Source: Psammoneis japonica | Lineage: Eukaryota | Direction: 5' to 3' | DNA length: 64,000 nucleotides | Assembly (NCBI GenBank): GCA_008632985.1 | Contig: QPGO01000062.1 | Location: 124,001-188,000, forward strand | Part shown: piece by piece, positions 51,813 through 63,190 of the stretch | Layout: each line of letters starts with the position of its first letter | Numbering within the stretch: the first letter of the stretch is position 1 | The notes under the pieces: generated by a model | Databases searched by the model: none | What the model was told of the DNA's origin: nothing | Seen by the model: only the letters and a program-made list of their open reading frames with translations | Made by a program: the position numbers and the translations under genes

Positions 51813-52230
51813 CACACCGTGGCATGCGTGTTTTGAGCAAGAGCTGCTGCTGGCATCAGAGTGCCGTTGTTGCCCAGCAAACACCAGCTGCCCATGTAAA
51901 TTTTGGCGAGGGTAGGGCGATTGTTGCCCAATTGCTGACAGACTCTTTCTCAAGCACCATGATGCATGAGCTTGCCCAAAAGACAGAATGACATCATTGG
52001 ATCACATGAATTTCACAACAGCAAACATGGTGAGAGAAACACTTGTTTTGATTGATGGAGCAGGAGTGGTTCATTGCAAACAGAGAAAGGAGAGATGCTG
52101 GATGTGAACCCAAGCAGCACAAATTGCTGTGTGTTGACAACAGAGAGGTGGTCGGGAACAGTGAGACACTTGAAAGACATGCAGGCATCATGTGCACAAA
52201 GAGAGCAATCAAAGTTCCTCACCAAGAACT
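51813..52230 (-). pseudogene. Truncated, hypermutated paralog of the 5' part and upstream region of the RNI-like LRR gene at 60217-61221
   Basis: Colinear with ~61010-61420, e.g. caagcaccatgatgcatgagcttgcccaaaag (51951) vs caagcgccgtgatgaacgaacttgcctaaaag (61144). Confidence 0.85.
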
Positions 52231-52239
52231 GTCTTGTTG

Positions 52240-55200
52240 TTGAGCTTTGAAAAGCAGAGGGCACACCAGATGTGAATCTGACAAAAAACTGCATTTGTTT
52301 CTTCATGCTTCATTGCAAGAAACATGTGTGGTCTGCTCCATGGATGCCTCACTTGCCACACAATCACAGCAAGCTCTCAGACTGCATTTGTCATGGAAAG
52401 CCATCTTGGCACCCCACACCTGCTGTGCTTCTTTTGCTGCAACTCTGGCGAAGCTCCATGAAGCTCCATGTGTCACGCCAGCAATTTATGACTGCCTTGT
52501 TGAGCCCAGAGAAGAGAGCAAAGATGCAAATCTCAACAACATGCAGGTTCATTTTTCACTCAATCACAAAGAGGTCTTTCTCTTCTACAGACATTTCAGG
52601 TTTCACAAGCAGTGTGTCAAGTCATGAGACTGCATTTGTCATGAACTTCATGATTTGCACCCCCAGCAGATGTCTCAGCCACATGAATGGTGCACAGACC
52701 CCAAACAAGACAGAGGCAGAATGACAACAAGCAGCTTTGCAGTCTCAGCAAGTTTTCAGTCTTTGTCCATTCTAACCTGCACACTGCAAACAAACTGTCT
52801 GTCTGCTGGCAACATTTTGCTTTTGAGCTGTGAAGTGTCAGCTTGGACAATGTGCATTTGTCAGGTGGAGCTTTGTCTCCTGAGCAGCTGTTGTTGTTCA
52901 GACTTTCACTGTGTGTCACTGGTCTTTGGCACTGTTCTTTTCTTTTGATTTAGCAGTGGCAACCTTTGCTGCTCTGCCATGCCACTGGCAATGCTGTCTT
53001 TGTTTGCAACTCTTGGAAAGCTGTCCATGTTTGTCCCCTGAATTTGTTGTGCTGGACATTTGAGAATTTACATGGTCCATGGATTGGACACAAAATCTCC
53101 CACTGTTCTCTTGTTGCCATGTTGCTGGAAACATTGTCAAGTTGCTTTTTCTAAAGATGCTTGTCTGCCTTTGAGAGTGTCTTGTTTTAAATCAAGCCAC
53201 TCTGTTGAACTCAGGTTGTTGGTGCAAACAAACCAAAATTGTTCTGGGCCAGGCAGTTGTGCATGGTGACTTCACAGCATTCACACACCACCATGCCCTG
53301 CTTCAATCCACCACACACAAGAGACAGATTCAAGTGGTCCCCCAACTTGTGTGCAGGGCAATGCCATGCACCTGCTTTGGCTTTGCAAGCTGCACAATGC
53401 ATTGGCAAACCTCCAACCATTGCAAAGCAGCACATCCATCTGCTTCCATGGTTGTTGGTCCATTCTGCACAACCAGCAAATTCAACAGTGCTTGATTGTG
53501 GGCTTCAATCAATGCCCTCCTCTTGCACCACTTTTTGAGGTTCACTTGCACACATCTGGTGTCCTTTGTCCAGGCCAAACATTTTTTTGCATTGGCAACC
53601 AACCAGCACCAGAGAAACTGGACAACCAACAATTCCTTGTTCAAACTGATCCATGGCACCAAACAATGGAGACATCGTGCATCAAACAAAGATGTGTGCA
53701 ATTTGTGTCTTCATTGTCATTCTCCCAAATCCAAAGAGTGCAGCAATGTTGTGAGACTCTGTTGTGAGAGGGTGCCAGCCACTTTTTGCCTGCTTGGTGT
53801 GTTGCCCCTCTTGGTTGCTTGCCATGGCATCATGCACCACTGCCATTGATGCAAAATGTCTCTCACAGCAGAGTGGTTGGCTGTGGGCACTGCCAGCAGC
53901 TGTTGTGACTCAGGTGTCTCCACGAACCTGTGTTTTGGCAATGACAAGTGGTGCAGTTTGCTTGCAACACCTTTGACTGCCATTTGCAGGCCTTGCAGCT
54001 CTTGTCATCAAAGCCACAGTTCTGGTTTTGCCTGGGCAAACATCAAGATTGATCACATGATGTTCAGCAGCACCAAAAAAAAAACAAGAGACTTGGAATT
54101 TGTTGGGTTTGTCTTTGTTGTGCTGCCTCATGAGGCAGAACCAAGAAACCAACAGCTCTGATGCAGGGCAATGCTGTGAAGCATTGCACTCATTCAGTGC
54201 TTTTTTGGAGTTGCTGTGCAGTGCTTCCCAAATTTGTGTCAGCACCATCTGAGACACACGTGTTTTTGGATGCCCAGTCACTTGCATCAAGCGTGGCCTC
54301 AATGTCACTCTGTTTCCACCAACACAGACAGACAGCCAAAGATTGTCTGTGCAAAAGCACACTTTGTGGCAACCTCTGTTTTGGCATGAGCCATGGCCAA
54401 AATGTTCTCAGCAATCCTCAAGAAGAAGCAGTGCATTTCTCCACAGAGAGATGTGCCCCATCACTTGACTCCACAGCACACCTGACAGGTCAAAGTGAAG
54501 TGTGGGTTTTGCCATTTCTTGCAATGGTTGTTGGAGCCACAAGCAAGAGTGACAAGAAGTGACACATGAGTTTGACCACCAGCTGCAGAGGAGTTGAGAA
54601 CAGTCCAACAGATCATTGAATTGCTTTGTGATGCTGGGGTGCAGCATCAGCCCTGACAGGCCATCACGCACACTTTGTGAGGCAGCAACCAGAGAAGACA
54701 CATCTGTGCTCACCGCAAAACCTGCTCAAGTTGTCTCCTGCAAGATTGTTGATGCAAATGTTGTTGCCACAGTTGACATCTGCTTTGTCTTCATGTCATC
54801 ACCAGCCTTTGCTTTGGGTTCAGAAAAAGTTTGGCTGACATTGCATGTCCTCAAGTCAATGGATTCTTGCCAACCCCATGTGCCATCAGCTTCATCCAAA
54901 TCTTCTCCATTGCCAATCTTTGTTCTCAGTGGAGCAGGCTGCACAACTGCTTGAAGCTTTGTTGTTGGGAACAATTGAGCACACACTTGATGTTGCTGTT
55001 GCTCATGTGGCGCACCATTCATTGGACTGAGTGAGTGGTTTCTTGCTTGCACTGGAACAAAAAGCCATGCCTTTGCAACCCTGTTGCTGGCAGCAGTTTG
55101 TCAACATGCAGAAACACATTGACAACAAACAACTGAGCCAGAAGAGGAGTGTGTGCTGGGTTTGCAGATGTTGTGCTGGTTTGTGACAAACGGTGATCTC

Positions 55201-57295
55201 TGTTGTGTTGTCATCACCTCCTGCGTTGCCACTTCCAGGTGAGACATTTTTGCACCATTGCTTGGCACAAGCTCAGAGCCAATGTTTTGGGTCTTGCCTG
55301 TTGGCAAATGGCACCCAAACATGAGAAGGGTCAATTCTTGCATCTTGTAACTCAAGCCACATGATTTTCAAAATGTTGCCATTTGATTTCTCAGACACTT
55401 CACAATCTCCCCCAACGTGCACAAACTGAGAAGTTGTTGATTGTTGGCATGAAGCAGCCAATGTTCAGGAAGGGCACACATCAAATCTGTGATCACCACC
55501 AAATTTGCTTGGCAAAGCTCTGGGGCAAACTCTGGCTCTTTTGGTGGCGAGACTCTGACTGCTGGGAGGCACAAAAGCAACCAATGTCCAGCATTTCCAA
55601 CCAAGTTTGCTGCATCTGACATTTCCCCTTTGCAATGTCATCTCTGGCACATGGCACCCTGAGGGTTGCTTGGAGCAAATGTTCTGCTCCATTTTGCAGG
55701 GCTGCCCATCAGATCTGCTGTGTTGAGGAATTTTGGCCTTTGGTGAAAGAATTGAGCAAAATTGCTGCACTTTAGAAAAGGAGTCATCAGCCATGAGATC
55801 AATTTTTGCAGCTCAAGTGTCGACGTCTTTGCTGTGTTTGGAGATTTGGGTGCACAGTCTGTCTGTTTTCATTGACTTGCTCTGTCTTTGAGGATTTTGA
55901 AAGTTTGCAGACCACATGAAGCCGGCTCCACAAATTGGTGCATCAGATGCAACTGGCATCAGCTTTTGGGAAAAAAGTCAAAAGTGAGCACATTGCAAGT
56001 GTGCCTCAAGTGAGCCCAATGAAGAGTGTGCTGGCTGGGCCAATCCTTGCATGGAGTTCTGCAGAGGCCAGTGCAGCCAACAGCGTGCTGAGCACATTTT
56101 GCCAGTGCATTGTCCTCTCATTCCATGCAGCAATGTGCAGATTGATGATTTGTGCATGAACAAAGATGCAGGGAAAAAATGCCACAATCACTTCTAAGAA
56201 CTGCTTTTTGCAAAATTTGTGTGGAAAAAACCACAAAAAACAACTTTTCAGCCAGAGCTGCTTTTCGCAGTGTGGGGTGTGGCACACAGTGAAAACAACT
56301 GAGCAACATTGGCAAGAGCTGGCTGACAAACTGGACAAGCAACAAAAGAATGTGCAAATCTGACAAGTGTGCAAAATTTTAAATGAGGCATGCAGAGTTG
56401 CAGGGAAAAATTGTCAGGCACCTTGCGCTCAACACATTGCATGATTTCCCCTGAGTTGCGAGCAGTTGCGTGCAATGATGTGAAGGAATTTGCGCTGACT
56501 TTTTTGTGGGGCTCAACATTGGACAACAAAGGCAACCTCTCCTGCAGAAAGAGGGTGTGGAACATGCAGTGCAAAGAACCTCAAACTTCACTTTTTGAAT
56601 GCTCTGGTTGCGACCAAGACAGAGTGCCGCCAAAAGACTGCAGGAATTGACAAAGAAAACTTTTGCGTCACATTGTAAAACACATGATGGAACTTTTTGG
56701 GAGACAAAACAATGATGCTGAGTTGATTTTTTGACAGGACTCATGTTCGTTGTCAAGTGCGACCAAACCATGACTTGCACAGAAATGTGCAGAACATGTG
56801 CCAAGCCCTGTGCTCTGGTTGCGATCATAGCTCCAAAAAGATCAAAGCAAATGAGCACAAAACTTTTGCTGAAAATGGCAAATTGCATGACAGAACTTTG
56901 GGAGATAAAACCGGGTTGAAATTGATGGCCAGATTGAACTTGCCGAATGGAATGTGAAAGGGCAATGTCCCTGCTTGTGCACACGAACCACCTGGTGGTC
57001 CGTGTGCATTTTTGGGTGCACACGAACCACCTGGTGGTTCGTGTGCACCCCACGCAAAATGCTGCGTAGATTTGTACCGAATTAAATCTGAGTGCCTACA
57101 TCTGCAGTAGGATCTACGTGAAAACGCACTCGAAACAGTGTCCACCGAGCCGGCAGTCATGTGCCGGGCGTCGTGAAAAGTATTTTATGTCTGAGAAAGA
57201 GTTCGTCAGGGCCGGCGAACAACACCCCTCTACGATGCGACTGGTATAAAATGTACGTAAATGCACAGGAACCAGCATGTGGTTCGTGTGCAAAT
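52240..57295 (-). mobile_element. Hypermutated piggyBac-like transposon relic (tract C)
   Basis: Minus-strand SWFCLMRQHNKDKPNKFQV..HVINLDVCPGK (54146-54028) resembles piggyBac transposase RQY.K.KP.K...Y..N..VY.GK once H/C->Y is restored. Palindromic repeats lie at the right end. Boundaries approximate. Confidence 0.6.
56978..57292. repeat. Three copies of a ~31-37-bp palindrome (tgcacacgaaccacc-t-ggtggttcgtgtgca)
   Basis: 56978-57008 (one mismatch), 57014-57050 (perfect 18-bp arms), 57262-57292 (degenerate). Confidence 0.9.
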
Positions 57296-57477
57296 TAGAG
57301 CTCGTGAAAAATAAGCAGGGATATAATGCGAGTATTCCTGCTGGTACGAAGTGCCTTCTCTGCGCTGTCGCTGCGTGACACACGACTGAAAACCGCACGT
57401 GGCCGGTAATAAAACTATCGGTTCATTTTTTGGAAGAAAGATGATTTTTGCGTTGCACTGCAGATACAAGAGCCAAA

Positions 57478-60149
57478 ATGAAAGGAAGTCAACAAGAAGT
57501 GCCGATGATCTTGCAGACCATGCCTGATTCTTCCGAGGAGAAAATGGAAGGAGAAAACGCTGATGCGCATTCAAGTGAACTAGGCATCAGTGACAAATGT
57601 TCAACTTGTTCTGCTATGAACGAAGTTCGTGAGGACGAGGATGAAAGTGACAACGAAAGCGATGCCGAGCGGGGTTTGACAACAATAAAACTACCTACTG
57701 ACAACGAAAGTGATGCCGAGCGGGGTTCGAAAACAACAAAACTACCTGCTTCTGGTGCACCTAAAAACAAAAAGCAGAAGGCTTCCAACACCAAAAGTGT
57801 GGTTGCACCGCAAGGCTTGTTACAGGAGCCAGGAGGCGTAGCAGTAACCCCAGGAACCACCTCAAGTCCAATATTAAGCACAGCCAAGAAATCAAATTCT
57901 TGCAAACACACATCGCCAAAACAGACACAAAGAGGACGGTCGTCTCGTCCGTCCTCACAAGTCGGTGCGTTTGCGGTAGTGCCTGGGACGACACGCGACG
58001 GTGGTAACATCCTTCGAGCAAACTCGGACTCAATCTTGATGCAGAAGCACCTTCACAATCGTCGTTCGAATCTCAGACTAGGTCAAAAACAAGCCTCGTC
58101 ATTTCTCGCGCAGTCTCCTGATAGCTTTTCAATGGGCTCTGTTCACGAAATATCTCTCGTAGTTTCTACGACGGGTGGGGGTCTAGATGGGTTGGAACCT
58201 CCAAGACTTCTGGCCGAAAAGCAATCTCTTGGACACTGGAAGAATAGTCGTGAGCCAACTATTCAAGAACGAAGCTTTTCCAGTTTTGAACCAGCTTCAC
58301 CAGGCAGTTTTGTGTCGACGGATGGGGCAGTTCTGCATGCCAGTAGCCTGTCAATGGATGCGAGGTCGTTATCAGGAGGCGTGCAGTCCATTCAAGAAAG
58401 CGAACCGGGGACGTTAGAGGATCAAAGGCCGACGTCCTCGAGATCATCCCTCCGAACGAATTTAATTAGCACTACGTCTTTTGGAGAGGATGGACATGAA
58501 GATTCTGCTCTTGTGAATGCCACACTTGTTGAGGAAAGAGATGATTCACCAGTGTATGCTGCTGAAGCGATCCCAGAAGAAAAAATCCGACGAAGGCGTA
58601 GAAGAGCGCGCAATGCCGGTGTAATATTGATCGGTGCCCTCATCACCACGATTGTTCTCGTAACGACAAGAGCTAAAGGGAGCAACGGTGATGAAAACAA
58701 CGATTCAAAATGCCTAATCCCTCTGGAGGAACAAAACATCACTACGCAGTGTGCATGCCAAGGCGAGATATCTATGATTTCGCGTGATAGTCTAGAATTT
58801 GGTGATGTCATGCTGAGCCTGCTTGTCGATAGCGAGGTTCTGCCCTTTAATTTCAGAGAGAATGTCAATGAAACCTCATGCCTCCCAGAGAATCAGGCTC
58901 TGTGGTGGATTGCTGATCCAAGTAACGTTGACATTCCCAGAGACTCGTTTGAACAAGTTGTATCGAATCGTAAGTTTGAATCTCAGATTATTCAACGCTA
59001 CGTTCTTGGTTTGTTATATCTATCCATGGGGGGCAAACAATGGACTCGACAAACGAATTGGCTCAGCAGTGCACCTGCTTGTACGTGGTTTGGACTTGTT
59101 TGCACGGAAGCGTCACGTTTGGCACTGTTGGAACTACCTGCCAATGAATTAAGTGGGAGCATCCCGATCCAAATTGGGGCTCTTTCGCATCTGCAGAGCA
59201 TTAATTTTGCGGGGAATGAACAATTGACAGGTAGTCTCCCTTCGGAAGTTTCGAAGATTAGAGGCTTGCGTAAGTGGAAGCGAAGCGCTGCTATTGTCCC
59301 AATTAACCGATTCTACCGCTTACGACCAATGTAATTGGTGTCCTGCCTAATACCCGCTCTCATCGTAGGGAGCCTCAAGATTAAAAATACTGGGCTCAGC
59401 GGAGAAATTCCAGTGTCGTTGAAGGAGAACGAGGTTCTCAGTACGTACTTTGGTCATTGTGCTCTCGTTTCGATTGCCCATTTATGTCAAACTTTTGTGA
59501 CTGTTACTGATTGAATGCTCTGCTCTCTCTAGCGACGATTATGTTGTTCAATAACTCACTCTCAGGAGTGTTTCCTTCCGAGGTGGCTCAACTGCCACTG
59601 CTTCGTAAGTGTCGATCGAGCAAACTGCCTTAATATGCTGTTGATTGTTTCTCACACTAGTGCTGCATTCCTGTTTGTGTTTCACAATACGCAGAAGTCT
59701 TTAATGTTGCAAACAACCAGTTCACCGGGTCGTTGCCTACTGAAATTGGAAAGATGACGAATCTCGGTATTTTGGGTATTGACAATAACGATTTCACGGG
59801 AGAAATACCTAGTGAGATTGGGAACGTTCAGAGCCTTCAAATTATCAAGGCGACGAACAATCGATTCAGCGGTTCGATACCCAATGAAGTGGGCAACTTG
59901 AAGTTTCTAGGACATTTGGAGCTGATGGGCAATGATTTTACAGGTCAAATTCCAAGCAGCTTTACAAACCTTACAAGACTTTCCATCATGAGCATATCCG
60001 CAAATCCAGCTCAAGGGTTTGTTGCCGAGACACTTTGTGATACTCTTGACATGCTTGAAGCAATTTTTCTGGACTGCAACGAAACACGATCTTTCTGCTC
60101 TTGCTGCTTTTGCAAAGAGTCAGAATTGGGGAGTTTCACTTCATTCTAA
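57478..60149 (+). CDS. Type II membrane LRR receptor-like protein (copy 2, intact)
   Basis: Close paralog of 49119-51746 with no frameshift. Introns 59270-59368, 59441-59532, 59605-59694. Two 72-bp exons each encode one LRR. Confidence 0.9.
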
Positions 60150-60216
60150 GTTTGTAAATTGCGTAATTTTGTCTATAATAAATAACGATAGCATAATGTA
60201 CGGCGGATTCTCTATT

Positions 60217-61221
60217 CTAAGCCTTGGTGATATGAGGGGCTCCTTGAAGAAAGTAAAAGATCAACTCGGGTTGATCCTGAACGCCGGCCAAGACTTGAGC
60301 CCAGAGAGAACTCGGCGCGCCTTCGGCACTCAAGAGTCGTCGTCCGGCTCTGTTTAGCTTGAGGTAAATGTCCAGTTCGTAGCGCAACTGTGGTTCATCG
60401 AGCTGGCCAAGAAACATCTTCTCGACGTAGTAATTCTCTTTCATGCCATTCCTGATAATGGCAGACGCTCCGTTCGCTCCAAAGCAGTTGTTCTGCAACC
60501 ACAAGCGCTTGAGGCTCCGGTTCATGACAAGCATCACCCCAAATGCCTCGGCACCCTCGTTGCCAATTTCGTTGAGACGCATATCAAGGACTTGCAAGAC
60601 GGAATTCGTAGCAACGCAATTGGCGAGCTCTTTAGCTCCATCATCACCAATGTTATTGCCTCCTAGATTGATTTCGCAAAGAGTCTGGTGCGGAGCAGCC
60701 AGAGCGAAACCAAACGCTTTGGCTCCTTCATTGCCAATGCGATTTCCGTAGAGATCAAGCACTTCAAGTGACCTGCTGTACTCTACTCCTCGAGCAAGCG
60801 TCATTGCTCCACACGGACCGATACTGTTCTTGGAGAGATTGACTCTCTTGAGAGTCCGATTCATACGAAGAGTGGCTCCCAACCACGTGCCCCCCTCATC
60901 ACCAACAGCGTTTCCTTCCAACCGAAGAATCTCTATAGACGTGTTATCTTGAAGCATATCAGCCAAAGCCATGGCGCCGGCATTGCCAATGCTGTTGTAG
61001 CACAAGTACAACACCTTAACATGTGTGTTTTGAGCAAGAGCTGCGGCCAGAGCCATGACGCCATTGTCTCCTAAACGCCAACCGCCCATGTAAAGTTCGG
61101 TAAGGGTGGGGTCATTGTTACCCAGGCGCTGACAGACTTCTTTCAAGCGCCGTGATGAACGAACTTGCCTAAAAGTAGGTACGGCGTCATTGGAGCGTAA
61201 GAGTTTCGAAACAGCAGCCAT
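60217..61221 (-). CDS. RNI-like (NLRC3/RanGAP-type) leucine-rich repeat protein
   Basis: 28-aa repeats LxxLxLxxNxIGxxGAxxLAxxLxxN; C-terminal LNRAGRRLL..LWAQVL..IFYFL. Start placed at MAAVSK. Confidence 0.88.
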   Translation of the reverse strand: MAAVSKLLRSNDAVPTFRQVRSSRRLKEVCQRLGNNDPTLTELYMGGWRLGDNGVMALAAALAQNTHVKVLYLCYNSIGNAGAMALADMLQDNTSIEILRLEGNAVGDEGGTWLGATLRMNRTLKRVNLSKNSIGPCGAMTLARGVEYSRSLEVLDLYGNRIGNEGAKAFGFALAAPHQTLCEINLGGNNIGDDGAKELANCVATNSVLQVLDMRLNEIGNEGAEAFGVMLVMNRSLKRLWLQNNCFGANGASAIIRNGMKENYYVEKMFLGQLDEPQLRYELDIYLKLNRAGRRLLSAEGAPSSLWAQVLAGVQDQPELIFYFLQGAPHITKA

Positions 61222-61744
61222 GGCGAGAGAGATACTTGGTTTTCTTGATGGAGAAGGGGGGATTCGTTGCAAAGAGAAAGGAGAGAAACCGGGTAAACCC
61301 CGGTAGCACAAGTCACTGCTGACACCAGAGAGGTGGTTAGAAGAATGAGACACTTGAAAAAGGCACAGGGCACAGGCATCAGAGCAGACCCAGAAAAGAA
61401 TCGAAATCGCTCGCCAAGAGAGAATGACGAAAGTTGACACCCAATCGTGTGGTGGGGCTTCCAGAAAAGGAAAGGTGTCATGATACAAGACTCGATCCCT
61501 TAAACTCAGACTACTTTGTTCGCGTTTAAATGTCGTAGCACGACTAATCAGAAATACGTACTCGCTTCTGGTACTCTTCTTGCGTACCTTCTACAGAGCA
61601 CTCGCATTGGGGTGGTGGTTTGGACACTCGGTTGCGACCAATTTTTCGACACCGCAACAGGCAAACAAAAAGACACGAGAAGAAGCGCCCAACGACGCCT
61701 TGTGCCACTGTTTCTTTCACTGGAAAACGAATTGTTAGAGTTCA

Positions 61745-63045
61745 CACCAATTCGATCACTCAAAGTGTTGGCAAGGATGCTGACATGGAGTGATCAACTG
61801 AAGAAGAAATGCAAAAAGAAGCAGGACTGAGATTTCCAAGTGCTTCAGACGGCGCTGGATGCGCCATGCTCTTGCTGGCGACAAAGCATGTCATCGGTGA
61901 TTTGGCTTGCTGGCAACATTGGGTGATTCATCTGGGTTCCTGCTGCTCTTCTCTCTGTCCAAGACCTGTTGCTGACAACCACATCTGTGTGCTGTTTCTT
62001 GCCTGATTGGCGTTGGCGAAGGAGGGGAGCACACAGAGCAGAGAGTGAGAAAAAGCGCTGCCTTGGCAAAGGATGTGTCAAGTGCACTGTCTTCCACAAA
62101 CAGGATGGGCTGAAGACTGCTCTGTCACAACCACCTCTGACTCCCCTCTTCTGGAGGCATGCCGCCTTTGCTTCTTTGTCCCTTGTGTCGACGTCGTCCA
62201 GCGCCAAGCACAGCTGGCATGGTGCTGTCTCAGGAGCCTGACTTGAGCATCAGCATTCTCCATGGAAGGCTGCATTGGCTGTGTCAAAGACATTCTCAGA
62301 GGGCTGGCTTGCTCAGTTGTTAGAGCTTTTGCAGGTTTTTCTGAAATGGCGACATTGCAGGCAGCGGGAACAGCAGCACCAGGGATGCTGGGCTTGGACC
62401 TTCACTTGAGGCCAGCACTGGCAACCCACCTCATGGCTGCACCCAGTGCCATTTTCAGTTTGAGCAAGAACACTCTGCAGATGTTTGTTTGAACAATTTG
62501 GGAAGCAGCAGGCACACCCAGATTGTTGTCCATGATGAGCGATCGCTTGTTGTGACTGTGGAGACAACACCCAGCACCCCCTCCTCCAGACAAGCAATCT
62601 CAGCTTGATCATCACATTGGGAGAATCAGGCAATTTTCATTTTCCAACCAATGCCTGCTGTGCACATGGCTTCAGGATGCAGAACAGGATAGTTGGGTGC
62701 AGAGCCCCCATTGTTGCCAGCTGCAGCTGTCAAGAGGAGGGTGCCATTGTCACAGACTTTCTTGTGCTGTTTCAGAATGATTTGTTGTGATCCTCTCCAC
62801 CAAGACTCACACTTTTGACATTGGCTCTCGCGCCCACCATTCACAGCACAGCTTTCAAGAGCATCAAGCATGCAAGACTCAGCTCCTTCCCCCCTTTTCC
62901 AATGTGGAATTTGAGTGGTTTCACATTGCCCATGACACCAGCAATGCCTTGTGATTCTTGCCACCAATGGCGTCTGTTGAGACAGACAGGAAAAAGAACA
63001 GCCTTCTTGCTCTTTGAAAAGGTGCAGAGTCCAACAGAGGCATTC
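61745..63045. pseudogene. Hypermutated TpA/CpG-depleted tract D
   Basis: Only about 2 TA in ~1.3 kb, reduced CG, and broken Tyr-free ORFs. Confidence 0.7.
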
Positions 63046-63190
63046 CGTACAAAGCCAAATTATTTTTATTAAACATTCAAAAGCTGCAATCCAGCAGTGC
63101 ACACAAGCAGAGAAACAGTCCATACAAAAATCAAAGTTTACTTTATACACTGTACAACATAGCTCATTTATTCATTCCCGTTACTCAATC

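Noticed and set aside
26364..63150. The many short His/Cys/Gln/Trp-rich ORFs within the depleted tracts as real genes
   Set aside because: A by-product of TAA/TAG loss. They overlap in all frames and almost lack Tyr.
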